Position numbers and translations under genes: made by a program
In this document: positions 24,062 through 36,949 of the stretch, piece after piece
Layout: each line of letters starts with the position of its first letter
Numbering within the stretch: position 1 is the stretch's first letter
Source of the DNA: Octopus bimaculoides
Lineage: Eukaryota
NCBI RefSeq assembly: GCF_001194135.2
Contig: NC_068987.1
Coordinates: forward strand, 29,074,121 to 29,119,720
Reading direction: 5' to 3'
DNA length: 45,600 bases
The notes under the pieces: generated by a model
Database searches by the model: none
Seen by the model: only the letters and a program-made list of their open reading frames with translations
Told to the model about the DNA's origin: nothing

Positions 24062-25074
24062 TAATTAATAATTAGATAGTTCTTAAAGGTAAAGAGTCGT
24101 TTGCGGTTGAACTCAAGTTGTATGTTTCGTTGAAAGAATTTTTGAGGCTTTCATATTGCAACAAATTCATTGCAATTTAGGAAAGGTCCTTTATAACAAA
24201 TCGTTTGTTGATTTCAGATATTCCTTCGTTAAGCCTAGGTATATTTGTTTTTGTCAACCTGTTTTCAATTGTGTTGTTTAGTTATTGCTTTCAATAAAGT
24301 TTGAGAGATATGTTCCTCGTAGATACCACATTTCTCTATAAATTTGATTTCCATGTTGGGTTTTGTTATTCCTACATGATTTGATCCGTGGAAATACACA
24401 TATCCCGTTATAACTACATTTTCTACTGTACATATATAATATTTCGTTTAACCTGCAGATACTCGTGTTCGTTTCTGTTTTCATTAACTATGCTATTGCC
24501 TCGATTGCGATTTCCATTACTGTTGCTAGTTTTTAACGTTATCTTTTATACTTGGTGAGGTTTTACTTTCGTTGGAAGAGAGGAAGCTCTAGTGTTTGAT
24601 TTTTCTCTCGTTTGTTAATAATTCCCACCTTTAGATTGTCATGCTTATGATTTCCTTCACGTTTAGAATTTCCTATTCTGAAGTGTTCTTCTACACATTT
24701 CCTTTACATTTTATTGTGTTCGTGTTGGTCTGGTTCAGTTTGTCTTGGTTAGTATACTGTAGGTGTTTTATGGTTTTGTTTTGTTATACTTCCTTTGCAC
24801 GTGTTAGGTATATTTTCGTGATTTACCGTGTCAGTATCTTTTTATTTATATTTTGGTTGCTTATGTGTACATTCCGTTACTTGTTACGTCGATATTGTAT
24901 TTTCGTTTAAGTGATTTAAGTTCCTTCACATATGCGTGTGTGTGCGCGCTAGCGCGCAGCTACATAGATTGTTGTATATATTTATACATATATATAATGT
25001 ATGTATATGTGTATCTATATAAACATATATATACATGCACATGAATATTTGAATACATACATATAAATGTGTGT

Positions 25075-25142
<68 letters not shown>

Positions 25143-25268
25143 CAAAAGGTAGCTTCTCTGTTGGAATCGTTACACCGATATCCGGGATGTTTCACTTTTA
25201 ACGTTTTTACGTGGGTATTGTTTTACAGCATAGTTGTGTAATATACATGGAGAATAAACTTGTTGCTT

Positions 25269-25344
<76 letters not shown>

Positions 25345-25346
<2 letters not shown>

Positions 25347-25888
25347 TACCAGGCAGTGGCTCTCATGAATTCTGATCTTAATTGATTGGAAGTGTTATCA
25401 TGTACATTGTTTTGTCCTGGTATAAAAAGATGGGCTATAGCAAATATTCTGCTTAATACCACAGATTTGCTAGTGAGTTGTTTGACCTTAACCATTTGAG
25501 CCTGTCCTTTACTGGCTGACGATATGAGCATCTCTGATTATGAGTAGATGTAGTGGGGGAGCATCATAGCCATGTGTTGAGAGGAATTCTTTGGGGTTTT
25601 AATAATTCACTTTTGGAAACATGGGTATTTTCCTCAACATCCTGAAACAAACCTTATTGAGGGACATTTTGAACGGGATGGGCTACTCGACCTCAAGAAA
25701 ATTCTAACTGGGCCCCACCTGCGAGGTCATGCGCTGTTTATCTTGATATGAGATCACGATGTCGCGCACATTTGGTTGTGATGCATGTGATGGTGTACCC
25801 TAATCAGACCAGTAGTCATGATGGGTATATTGGGCTTCGTATATTTGTACCCCAGTGTCACTTTAATGGATGCACTGCTCTCTCAGTC
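25345..25888 (+). mobile_element. ~545-bp non-coding interspersed repeat flanked by (TAA)n, full copy
   Basis: Homologous to 25982-26155 (+, internally deleted), 28793-29259 (-), 30901-30960 (+) and 45427-45600 (-). Shared strings include GATGGGCTACTCGACCT.AAGAAAATTCTAACT.GGCCCCAC and CCCCAGTGTCACTTT.ATG. Confidence 0.88.
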
Positions 25889-25952
<64 letters not shown>

Positions 25953-25981
25953 GTAAAAATAATAATAATAATAATGATAAT

Positions 25982-26155
25982 AAATGCCCTGATGGAGTAC
26001 CAGGCACCGGCTCACATGGCTTCTGATCTTAACTAATTGGAAGTGTTATCATGTACATTGTTTTGTGTTGGTAGAAAAGATGGGCTACTCAACCTAAAGA
26101 AAATTCTAACTGGGCCCCACATTTCAAGGTCATGTGCTGTTTATCTTGATAAAAA
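25982..26155 (+). mobile_element. Internally deleted copy of the TAA-flanked repeat
   Basis: The 5' part (GTACCAGGCA...GGAAGTGTTATCATGTACATTG) jumps at GATGGGCTA to the GATGGGCTACTC segment, consistent with deletion between two GATGGGCTA direct repeats. Confidence 0.8.
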
Positions 26156-26174
26156 AATCATTATGTCGCTAACG

Positions 26175-27080
26175 TTTCGGACGTATTTTTGATTTTCAAA
26201 ATCGCAGTATTCACTGGTGTGTCACAGATTTGAAAGAAATTGATAAGTTGGTTCCTTGGGCTGTTGTATAGTGGAGTAGAATTTTGTTCTTTCGGCTATT
26301 ATCAGTTTCTCTGAAGGAGCAACATGATTGAGAATCGAATTTTCTAGATCATTTCATGTCATTTTCATAACATCCTTCGGGATATTAACATATCAAATTA
26401 TTTTTAGATATATCAAATGCTTCTATTCCCACCAAAGAAATGAATTTCATAGCCACAGGACTTTGATCATTATTTTATAGGTTATCCTTTAATTTGTCCA
26501 CGTAAGCTTTTTCTTCGAATGTCATGAGCCAGGTTGAGACGTTTTCGATCGACGGTAAGTCTATGTCAAGAAGAGATTTTCTTTGTTCCATCAGCGACGT
26601 CATTGTGATGTTTTGTAATTTGCTTGTTTTATAAGCACAGGTATAGGAACGAGGATCAACTTACCGTAAACTACGAATTTCTATATTGCCGTAGCGGAAG
26701 CACGATCAACAGCAGAACCTATGAGAAAGGGTAACGACATCAACCGTAATCGTGTGACTGGCGGTTTTTAATTATTTAACGAAATGTACATTTGTTACGT
26801 ATTGATTGGGAGTTCAATGGACGACAATAGTATATTCCTGTTCTTGGGGCTGATAGTCAGGAATATTGGATGCAACAAACATCCCACGCCAAGTTCTGTC
26901 GTACACTCCACCAGGGTCCTCGTCGTCCAGTATTGATGTAATCGCTTCATCTTCGTCGAAGTCACGCTCGAGTTTTCCCGTTTACTCAGTCCCGTATGAT
27001 GCGGTCTTTGAGAGCTTCAGGGCCCAGTTATATTTATTTAATTTCACCATTAGTATAATTACTTTAATACAGTTATAACA
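26175..27080 (-). mobile_element. Ty3/gypsy LTR retrotransposon 5' end: short LTR, PBS and gag remnant
   Basis: The LTR-like segment 27080-26934 starts TGTTATAAC and ends TACATCA. A PBS-like TGGACGACGAGGA lies at 26929-26917. The gag reads TWLMTFEEKAY...FISLVGIEAFDI...ILNHVAPSEKLIIAERTKFYSTIQQPKE...FLSNL*HTSEYCDF (cf. AERxKFxxxxQxxxE...CxF). Confidence 0.82.
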
Positions 27081-27119
27081 TTTTGGAAAATCTTTTAATT
27101 CTATTATTATGCGATAACT

Positions 27120-27330
27120 TATATGCCTTTATCATATTATTATGCCCATTTCAGCCATTATCATCTGCATATCGGAAAAATTCTATTGAATCCTACATTA
27201 TTTCCTATTCTTTCGATTTCCAATTCTACAGGTTTTTCTGCAAGAAATATCTTGTATATACTTTCATGGTTGGGAACCTATAGTGTTGTATTTTCTTTTT
27301 ATTCACCTTTTCTGATATGTAAGCCCCACT
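27120..27330 (-). mobile_element. Possible RT remnant (Penelope-like)
   Basis: Minus strand has FFRYADD at ~27180-27160 and TIGSQP upstream in another frame (cf. MGSP...RYVDD). Very degenerate. Confidence 0.3.
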
Positions 27331-27914
27331 ATTTCGCTAATATTTGCTTTAATTTTTTTAGTCTGTTTCTTACGTCCATACATTTTACTCAAAATTTTCC
27401 ATATTTAGATATATTCCAAAATTCATTTTAACTTTAATTTTCTCCCCAATAACTGCAAATAACCTTAATTGCTCCTACTTTTCCTCGTTCATTGTTTCTA
27501 TTTCTTCGAGTTTCCCATTCACCATTTATACTCTATTTTGTTTATTACCCTCCTCCATACATAAAACTACTGACCTGCCATACTCAACAAACAATTGAAA
27601 ATTATAACAAACACCATTTCTGTCCCATCCCTTGCAATAAAATGCGCAACCTTTTAAAACCATTTTTAACCTTTAGACATTTTAACCATTCACTTTTACC
27701 TATTCTCTCACTTATTCACCTTCGTATTTTTATTTTATCAATTTATCCCTTCTACCCTCTACAGTTTAAACTTTATTCTTTTCTTTTTGTTATATTATCG
27801 ATCATTAATTTTCAATAGTTTTCCTTTAAAAATTATTACAACCATAATGTCTATACCCAAACCTCTCATTTTCACCTCATGTTTATCTTTCTATTGTAAT
27901 AATTAACTGAACTA

Positions 27915-27916
27915 TG

Positions 27917-27988
<72 letters not shown>
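27915..27988. repeat. (TAA)n microsatellite
   Basis: Directly visible. Similar runs occur at 25271-25344, 25889-25980, 28730-28791, 29260-29335, 29450-29527, 30070-30115, 30835-30900, 33665-33716 and 45350-45426. Confidence 0.97.
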
Positions 27989-28173
27989 TTAAAGTAGTGG
28001 ACAAGCATAACCGTTAGTACACTTAGCGGCATTTCTTCTCTCTTTATGTTCTAAATTCCATTTCTGCCGAGGTCTTCATTGCTTTCGTCCTTTCGGGGTT
28101 TATTGATGGTAAGCAAGAAATGGGTCTTTTATTGCTGATTTCCTCTCTCATTTCTATGTCCTTCTGCATCAGT

Positions 28174-28581
28174 AGGCGTAGGAGTGGCTGTGTGGGAAGT
28201 AGCTTGCTTACCAACCACATGGTCCCGGGTTCAGTCCCACTGCGTTGCACCTTCGGCAAGTGTCTTCTACTATAGCCTCGGGCCGACCAAAGCCTTGTGA
28301 GTGGATTTGGTAGATGGAAACAGAAAGAAGCCCGTCGTATATATGTATATATATGTCTATGTATATGTGTGTATATATTCGTGTGTCTGTGTTTGTACCC
28401 CCAACATCACTTGACAACCGATGTTGGTGTGTTTATGCCCCCGTAACTTAGCGGTTCGGCAAAAAGAGTCCGATAGAATAAGTACTAGGCTTCTAAAGAA
28501 TAAGTCCTGGGGTCGATTTGCTCGACTAAAGGCCGTGCTCCAGCACGGCCGCAGTCAAATGACTGAAACAAGTAAAAGAGT
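28174..28581 (+). mobile_element. Near full-length tRNA-derived SINE
   Basis: Head AGGCGTAGGAGTGGCTGTGTGG...CCGGGTTCAGTCCCACTGCG (A/B-box-like), central (TA/GT)n, tail CAGTCAAATGACTGAAACAAGTAAAAGAG. Partial homologues occur elsewhere in the window. Confidence 0.9.
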
Positions 28582-28744
28582 ACTTTCCTTTATTTTGTGA
28601 TCCATGTTGGTCTTCCATTTTCAAGGATGTCAGCAAAAAATTGGCCGTATAAAAAAAATGGCTCTAGTCATATATATTTGTGTATACTTGGGAGTATTCT
28701 TATATGTCTATGTATATACAGGAGGAATTATTACTATTATTATG

Positions 28745-28791
<47 letters not shown>

Positions 28792-28792
28792 G

Positions 28793-29257
28793 GAGTGAGA
28801 GAGCAGTACATGCCATCAAAGTGACACTGGGGTAAAATATACGAAGCCCATTACACCCATCATGACTACCCGTCTGATAAGGGTACACGAGGCACATGCA
28901 TCACAACCATATGTGCGCGACTTGGTGATCTTATATCAAGATAAACAGCGCATGACCTCGCAGGTGGGGCCTAGTTAGAATTTTCTTCAGGTCGAGTAGC
29001 CCATCCTGCTCAAAAGGTCCCTGAATACGTTTTGTTTAAGGATGTTGAGCAAAGCACCCATGTTTTCAAAGATGAATTATTCAAACCTTAAAAACTACCT
29101 CTCAACACATGGCTATGATGCTCCAACACTACTTCTGTTCGTGATCAGAGATGCACATACCGTCAGCCACCAAAGGACAAGCTCAATTGGTTAAGGTCAA
29201 ACAACTGACAAGCAAATCTCTGGTATTAAGCAGAATATTTGCTGTAGCCCATCTTTT

Positions 29258-29259
<2 letters not shown>
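28793..29259 (-). mobile_element. TAA-flanked non-coding repeat, reverse orientation, 5'-truncated
   Basis: Reverse complement of about 25425-25888; (ATT)n on both sides. Confidence 0.88.
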
Positions 29260-29336
<77 letters not shown>

Positions 29337-29471
29337 CTCTTTATCACAAGTTTTGTTGGAGCTCTTGGAGTCTTGCATGCATATCAGGCTTACTACCTGC
29401 AGCGTACGGTACCATGCTATTCGTTCATTTCAGCTATCTAATACTTATTATTATCATCATCATCATCATCA

Positions 29472-29527
<56 letters not shown>

Positions 29528-29710
29528 GTTTAGTAGTTTTATTTTTATAACGTGCTTTCACTTCACTACCGAGCGCAGCTCTGTGCGCCTTGGGTATGTG
29601 CTGTGGTTTGCTGTGGTGCTCTTATGTTTACCGTATTGAAAGTGTTTTGCGTAGAATGTGTGCAGTACCCAGTAGTGCAAATATATATAACAATATATAT
29701 TTGTAAGTCC

Positions 29711-29824
<114 letters not shown>

Positions 29825-30062
29825 GTATTATTATTATTATGTTGTTGTTGTTTTCTTCTTTCTTCAAATTTTCTTCCATGTTCACGCCGAGTGCTTCCCG
29901 TACACCTAGAGCACAGAAGCTCATTTGCACACGCAAATTCACAGGCAAAAATATGTATTAAAAAGAATAAATGAATAAATAAATTCATGAATGGATGTTG
30001 TTTTCACAGCGATATTATTATAACGATTATCATCATCATTATGATTATTATCATTATGGTTA

Positions 30063-30116
<54 letters not shown>

Positions 30117-30117
<1 letters not shown>

Positions 30118-30310
30118 GTCGAGCTGGCTGAATTGTTACCACGCCGGGCGAAATGCTTAGCAGTAATTCGTACGTTGTTTTTTCAAATTCCGCGGAGGTT
30201 GCCTTTGCTTTTCATCCTTTCTGGGTCGATAAAATAAGTACCAGTTGAACACTGGGGTTGATGTAATTGACTCATCCCCACCTTCTCCAGTGTGTGCGTG
30301 TGGCAAAAAT
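30117..30310 (+). mobile_element. tRNA-derived SINE (582 family)
   Basis: GAGCTGGCTGAATTGTTACCACGCCGGGCGAAATGCTTAGC...TCAAATTCCGCGGAGG...CTGGGGTTGATGTAAT; follows (ATT)n. Confidence 0.85.
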
Positions 30311-30324
30311 TTGAAGTAATAATA

Positions 30325-30833
30325 AGAAGAAAAGGGAAGGCAAAATCCTCTGGGTCTTTGAGTCCAGACAGACAAGGGATTAGAGCACCGATGGCCGGAT
30401 ATAGTAACCTTGAGGAGGGACAAACAAGAGTGCCTAATAATTGAGGTGGTAGTGCCAGGAGATCAACGTATCATCATGAAAGAAAGAGTTTAAAAGTTTA
30501 ATAAATATGGAGACCTGATAATCGAGCTCGCTACGATGTGGCTGCTACGAATCAAACATACATGTTATCCCTATTGCCCTCAGAGCATTGGGTTAAATAC
30601 CACCGAATTTGAAAAACATCTGAAAACTTTAGAAATACCTTACAATCTTAGTGTATTCCAAAAGTCGGCATTACTTGGAACTGCACGCATATTGCCTAAA
30701 GTACTGTCTGTCTGAGGCCTTTGTTGTGACTTGACAAACAGAATAAACCCCCAGTAGACACAATATCTTCAATCAACAACTTCAAGATATTCTATACTGT
30801 GCGACGTCTACTATAATAGTAATAATGATGATG

Positions 30834-30834
<1 letters not shown>
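30325..30834 (+). mobile_element. R4/Dong-clade 3' end: RLE endonuclease, C-terminus, 3' UTR and TAA tail
   Basis: GKILWVF / QTDKGLEHRWPDIVTLRRDKQECLIIEVVVPGD (PD-(D/E)xP RLE motif) / VIPIALRALG...FQKSALLGTARILPKVLSV* (stop ~30716). A ~110-nt UTR runs into (TAA)n. Confidence 0.9.
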
Positions 30835-30894
<60 letters not shown>

Positions 30895-30960
30895 TAATAA
30901 ATGTCCTGATATAGTACCAGGCAGTGGCTCTCATGGCTTCCTATCTTAACTGATTGGAAG

Positions 30961-32930
30961 GAAAATATGCGTACCTGGGTGAAGCAGAAAATCTTCTCAA
31001 CAGAAGGGATAGGAAATGCAGGCTTGCTATCCCTTCAGATTTGTTGGAGATGAGGGTCAGAAGGACCATTGTATACAGATGTGTGTCACTAAAGACTAGG
31101 AAAATATTCAGTGCGTCACACATCCAAGTTGAACAATGCTTGAAGGGTATTTATACTGACATTGATTTTTTCACACGAAGGAGACAATATAGTTCCGTTG
31201 AAAGGAAGCTCCTCACAGAGACACTGGGCCAAAAATCACTTAATGGTCCACTGCAAATCCAAGGATCTTCTCCTTCTTACATGCCTTGGGTGGCGGGTGG
31301 TGAAAAGTTGAAATATCGGATATTCCACCAGATTTGTAAATTTGGTGGTTCACTGCGTGCTTTGCGGTCGAAGGCCCGGATTCGCTTGTAGAAATTTTAA
31401 AAAATATCGGAAGGAGAACTGGTCCGTAATCGGGTTGGAGATTTTGATCTAGGTAAAACCTGAATGCTTGGACAAGTTCCCCGACCTTATCGAGCTGTCC
31501 AACGGAGCACAATCTCCAAGTCATGGTGGAAGGCAGAAAGCCAAGGTGCTACACTTGTAGGTTTAACGCCCACTTGGTTGCCTTGCCACAATATCAACAG
31601 AATGGAGCTCGAGAAACGGCGGCTCTGCTACCACAACCACCACCACCACAAGAAAGCCAAATGCTGCCACAAAAATTAATACAGCAACAGCCATTAAAGC
31701 AACATTTTCAGCAGCAGAATCCCACCACCACAATGGCACCAACGACTGTAGCGGTGGAAATAAAGAACGTCTGGCCATCCCTACAGGCGTGAGACGTAGA
31801 TGCACCGTGTACTCCCGACACGGGCGATTGAGAAGCCTTATTATGCGATGAGGAAGAACTGTCTCCCCCAAGAATGTCTCGAGCTGGGTAAAACCGAAAA
31901 AATATTTCAAAAAATGGCCGTCCTAAGCTGAAAATGAAAAGACAGGCCGAGGAAAATTCACCTAATCCATCAGCTACACTAACAACACCGACACACGCAC
32001 CAAATCGCAACAACAAAAGCAATGCACACTCAGTCATCCACAAATACAATTATTAAAAGCACCAAAACAGAAAAAGATACACAAAGAGAAGCAACAATCA
32101 CAAGAACAACCCATACACTGACTAGAGAATCTGAATGCCTCATCAACTTCACAACGTTCGGAAGAGCATCAGCGAGTTAATACAGGAAGTAAGGGAAGGC
32201 AGAAACATTCACACAAAAGAGTGAATTTTCAGAGTAGGGTGTGTGAATGTTCGTGGCCTGTGGTTAGCTTGGAAGCAAGTTCACTTGCTAAACGACTTCA
32301 GGTCGCTCGATTTAGATGTGGCTGCAATTAGCGAAACAAGGATTTTTAATGGGAAAGGATTAGCGCCCATTTTCGATGACTATGAGATATTGTCATCATG
32401 ATGTCTGTCAGGGTACCAGTGCTATTCTGAAAGGGATGTCGAAATAAAGGCAATCTTCTTGGACCTGGGCGGCAGATCAGTGGTCCTATATGTGAATAGT
32501 AGTGAAGGTTGCGCTCTTAGACTGGTGGTTGTCTGTGCCCCGAAAGGATCTAAGTTACCAGGAAACGTCTCGCAGTTTAGTACTAATAGGGGACTGTAAT
32601 GGGATTTTGGACTCAAGGAAGGAATTGTGAGTCTAGTACACAGAAGAAGGGACTATAAAAACCTCAAAAACCTGCTCAGAGGCTTGCAATTGTCTGATAG
32701 GTATCGACTGGATTTCCCTGATGCGCCAGTATGGCCGTGGACAACCACAACGGGTCATTCAAATCGAATCTAGATACAGTATTTCTTAGGTCAAGTCCAT
32801 TTAGATAGGACTCATAGACTGGGAGCTGGTTACTGGAAGTTAAATGCGTACTTTCCGGCTCGCAGAGACAAAAGGGAACGGATTAGTGAACTAGCTAAGC
32901 AGCAGTTGACGGGGGCAATAGACGTATGTA
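30961..32930 (+). mobile_element. L1/Tx1-like LINE 5' part: ORF1 (gag-like) plus APE endonuclease start of ORF2, truncated and decayed
   Basis: ORF1 has RRTIVYR...FFTRRRQYSSVE and a degenerate knuckle EGRKPRCYTCRFNAH. ORF2 from ~32225 has FRVGCVNVRGL...DLDVAAISETR (APE NVRGL/QET motifs) and GAGYWKLNA (cf. GxGYWKLNxS). Confidence 0.82.
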
Positions 32931-33059
32931 ATTGGTTGAAATTAACGAAATATGACAATATTAACACGAAACAACTCAAAAAGATAAAATTTTCTCAGTA
33001 ACACTAAGAGTAAAAGATGTTTAAAATGACACATTCTACCAGTGTCCCAAGTTTGAAAG

Positions 33060-33420
33060 TGTTTCGTTAAGAAAACAAGTGGCACCCGCCAAATCAGAAA
33101 GATCCCTTTTTTTGTATTTGAACTGTCTTAAGCATTTCCCGCAGGAATTAACCATGCATTTTTTTCTTTCCATTTCTTCACTCTGTCACACAGTCTTGTC
33201 TTCTTTAATTTCTCCATTTTCCTTTACTTCATCACTGCTTAGCATGTTTATCTTTCTTACACGCCCTATCAATATCCCTTTTGCATTCTTTATATACTTT
33301 ATATACTATATTATTTTCAGCTGGCTTCACACACATTTCACAGCTAATAAGACCTCTCCCTCGTCTCAGTCGTGATAGATACAACTTCTCCACCTTGTGG
33401 TGTCATCATTTTACTAGTAA
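33060..33420 (-). mobile_element. R4/Dong-clade fragment (post-RT region)
   Basis: Minus strand reads HKVEKLYLSRLRRGRGLISCEMCV (cf. DVDRLYxxRKxGGRGLxSxExC) and KKMHG*FLRE (cf. WxxKxMHGQFxRE). Confidence 0.7.
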
Positions 33421-33469
33421 TTCTGTCAAGCCCCTGTGCCAAAATTTGAAACCATTATTATTATTATTA

Positions 33470-33645
33470 GACTTGGAGAAACGTTAGCCTGCCGGAAAAA
33501 TACTTAACGGTATTTACGTTCTGACTTAAAATTTCATCACTGCGTGGTCGTTAGAGTAAGTACCATTTGAGCGCTGGTTTAGATGTAATTGACAATTGAC
33601 TTCTCCCTCCCCTCAAAACTGAAGTCCTTGTGCCAAAATTAAAAG
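33470..33645 (+). mobile_element. Degenerate tRNA-derived SINE (582 family)
   Basis: GAAACGTTAGCCTGCCGG...TACTTAACGGTATTT...GATGTAATTGAC...GTCCTTGTGCCAAAATT. Confidence 0.65.
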
Positions 33646-33669
33646 GAATTATCATCTTCATCATTATTA

Positions 33670-33717
<48 letters not shown>

Positions 33718-34819
33718 GTGTTACTGTTGTTGTTGTTGACGTTGTTGCTGTTGTTGTCGTTGTTGTTGTCATCGTCGTTGTTGTTCTTGTTTTTGAGGAC
33801 GTTGCGTTCGCTATAAAGGGGCTATTTACATTCACTTTGTCGTATTTGTTGCAATAATGTCTTTATTGATTTCTTTCTAGTTTCGGTAGATAAAAGAAAC
33901 CTGTTTTGTCTGTTAAATAATATAAAAGAGTGTGAGAAGCTTGTGAGAGGTGTCAACAGTCTCACCTAGTCGATTACACTCAAGTAAGATAAATAAAATA
34001 ATGAACAATTTAATATACCATACCACACTAATCGCAGTTTCTGCCAAATGAACCATTCATTTCTTTAGTAGGATTTCCTTACATTTTTATCTTTGTTTTA
34101 TCACGTCTTAACAATATTCTTGCATTGTGTTTTATATCATTTCTTAATGTGTGCTCCTAATATATTTATATTCAGTTTTCTGGCTTTGTTTTTACTTCAT
34201 CTTTCTTCTCTATTTCAATTATCATTTTCTTTTAAGTATCTGAGAACATTAATTTTACTCTTTTCTGCAAATTAGTGTTTCTTTCAATTTTACATTTGAA
34301 ATTTACGTTCGTATTCATTTATGTCTATGTCTATGTTTATGTGTATATAAGTATTTTTGCTTTATACAACATCGCTGAGATTTGCATAAAGCTAAAGTGT
34401 TCATTGTTATGAACAAATGTTTCATTTCCTATGAAAGGTATTTCACAGAAAATACGTTGTAACAATAAGAATACTAACAAATTTTGATATCTAGAGCTTC
34501 TTTTCAAATCCTGCAAATGATAAATATTATTTTCATCCTTCCGGCGTTATTACTGGCATCAAGAGTATTTCGCAGGTCAGATATATATCCTATACATCAA
34601 ACTGTTACGAATATTGACTGGGCGTCTTGGCAGCGACCTCTTGAAACCCTCTTGAATAACTAGAATGTCCAATTTTTTCAAGGTCTAAGCTCGGAAGAAT
34701 ATCTGTAGAGTTGAGGTCAATAGAATTTACAGAAGTATATAACCAGGAAATTTTATTGGTAATTGTTACAATAAATTTCTTCTCGAATTTACAAAAAATA
34801 TTTCTTATCGTTTAATAGT

Positions 34820-35125
34820 TTAATGGTACTCCATCGATTACGGCAACGAGTATTCCCGTTGATCCGATCAATGGAACAGCCTGCTAGTGAAATCAACGTG
34901 CAAATGGTTAAGCACTCTACATACACCGCATTTCATAAAGAGATTCAGCGTGACACAGAATGTCACAAGGCTGGCCCTTTGAAACGTAGGTACAACACAT
35001 TTTGGCCAGCTGAGTGAACTGGGGAACGTGAAATAAAATGTCTTGCTCAAGAACACAACAAGTTGCTGGAGATTGAACTCATGACCTTACAATTGGGAGT
35101 TGAATAGCCTAACTACTAAGCCACA
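34820..35125 (-). mobile_element. tRNA-derived SINE sharing its 3' domain with 38805
   Basis: GTTGATCCGATCAATGGAACAGCCTGCT...ATTCAGCGTGACACAG is shared with 38845-38960. A tRNA-like head lies at ~35060-35125 on the minus strand. Confidence 0.8.
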
Positions 35126-36949
35126 AGTTTGTAGTGAGAGGTATAATTGATCAAAAACATGTGACAAAAACATGTGACAGAAATAAAATCCATACTTGTT
35201 TTGGTAGCAACCTATTCTATTTTGTAAGGTTTACTTGGTGACACTAAGTTCACTCGTATTTCTGATTTATAATGCTTTAAATGCCAAGCTATGAACACTA
35301 TAACCATTCATCCTGATTAAAGTGTTCTACGATGAGGTGCATTTTCAGCATCCTCTAGTTGCTTAGCAACTCAGCATAATAGACAAAACTTCCATTGACA
35401 CATATTTCTATAGCTTAAAGTTTTCAGCTGACAAATCCTATCTAAGAAACTAGAGGTATCACAGCAATAGTAGGAACAAGTATGGTATCGGCCATTTTAT
35501 CAACAGCAACAGCATGCTGAGAAGAAACAAGAAGCACAATGACAATAACCACATAGCACATGATGAATTCATAAAACCGATTATGTGCACTTAATAAAGA
35601 AAAAGACGATTAGATGCTCTATTTCCATTTAAAAGAAATATATACATACATAGACACGTATACACACACGCACACACTCACAGACACACAAATACATATA
35701 CATACATGTACATATAAATACAGGTCTCAAAAGAGCAATCTTAATCTTGTAGGGAAAAGTACCAGAAGACCGACAGAAATATCTTAACGGATAAAGGATG
35801 AGGAATTGAAGCTAGTAGCTAGACAAAAAGCCATTTTACCTTGGAAACCTGTCTTCACATAGTAATCTTTTGTTTCAAGGTTTTCATGTGGAACAATATC
35901 ATTTGATAATTAAATCAATCAATAGATTAATGAACAGTGATTTTCAAATTTTCCCTAGGTGCCTTAATAAGATACTAGCTAACATTTGGAACTTTAATTA
36001 TCATATAATATTAGAATTTATTGCCGAAGGTATAAGTGATTTAGAGAGGCAGTGTTTAATAATACCATTTTGATGACCTTTGAGATAAATTCAGAAACTT
36101 AGCTCAAGTCTTGACGCATATATCCCTCTGCATATATTACGGAACCAATCAATTTTCTGTAGAAAGTGTTCTACATTATGAGAATATAGTGTTGTCATGA
36201 ACAGAAGAGGATGGTTGCATAACTATAACAGCTGATCACACACAGACATACACACACACACCTGGTGCGCACAAGCTCACATGCATAGACACATAAATGC
36301 ACAAATCTGACAAACTTTACTTCGAGATTTAGTAAGAAGCTGCCAGAAATTTGATACAATGCCAGGAGGTGTGAGTTAAATTAATGTCCCGAGGACTGCT
36401 AAGATCCAAGTGAAAGGAACAATCTTCTAATTGAGTGCTTGGTGATTTTCTTGACACCAACTACGCGAAAACCGTCAGTAAATTATTGTAAATCTTTTAC
36501 ATTAAACCGGGGACAAATCTATGATGTGAAGATATTTACATGGATTGTGCAAAGTGTGCAAAAGAAATTTAGCACCAGATATTAAATAATTCCTTTTTAG
36601 AATATCACGAAACACATAATGCTGTTATGGGAAAATCCTGAACACCACACGTGACTTAAAGTGGACTAACCGATTACATTCCATCCTTTCATTATAAATA
36701 TTCCATTTCAATTGCATCATTCGTTATATGTACCCCGCGTTTTGTGTTGTCTGTCCTTGTAGTATTCCTTCTTTGTTTCGGCTATATGCCTCTAATAAAG
36801 ATAAAAGTTCTGTTAATGGCAATGTTGTTCCATTGGTGTGTTGTTCGAGTTAGTTCAAAGTGTGTACGCTCCATGTGAGTACTGTAATTCTTAACCTGTT
36901 ATTGTAAACCTGTTATTTCCTGAATTGTTGAATTTGTTTCAATTTTTAT

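Larger units (their letters stand above)
21150..24900 (-). mobile_element. Long, heavily decayed R4/Dong-clade copy, interrupted by a mariner at 22816-24061
   Basis: Motifs in the expected order on the minus strand: QRNIQLEFNRKRLF (~24100); EKNLWKVYEQ*TNHN (~22790); PYDPVSIQEV; QKDFCLSMSLYCLVLTP (cf. QGDSLSPLLFCLALxP, ~22270); ILVMADFKLY (cf. LLYMDDLKLY, ~22160); TKCRKICG...YRHGAV (~21600); ITIIIGALA (~21220). The upper boundary is uncertain. Confidence 0.7.

Noticed and set aside
24230-24270. YLGLTKEYLKS as a GIY-YIG motif
   Set aside because: Better explained as part of the Dong N-terminal region that is colinear across the mariner.
36800-36830. U2 snRNA target fragment for a Keno-like element
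   Set aside because: Only TCTGTT matches; the flanking U2 sequence is absent.
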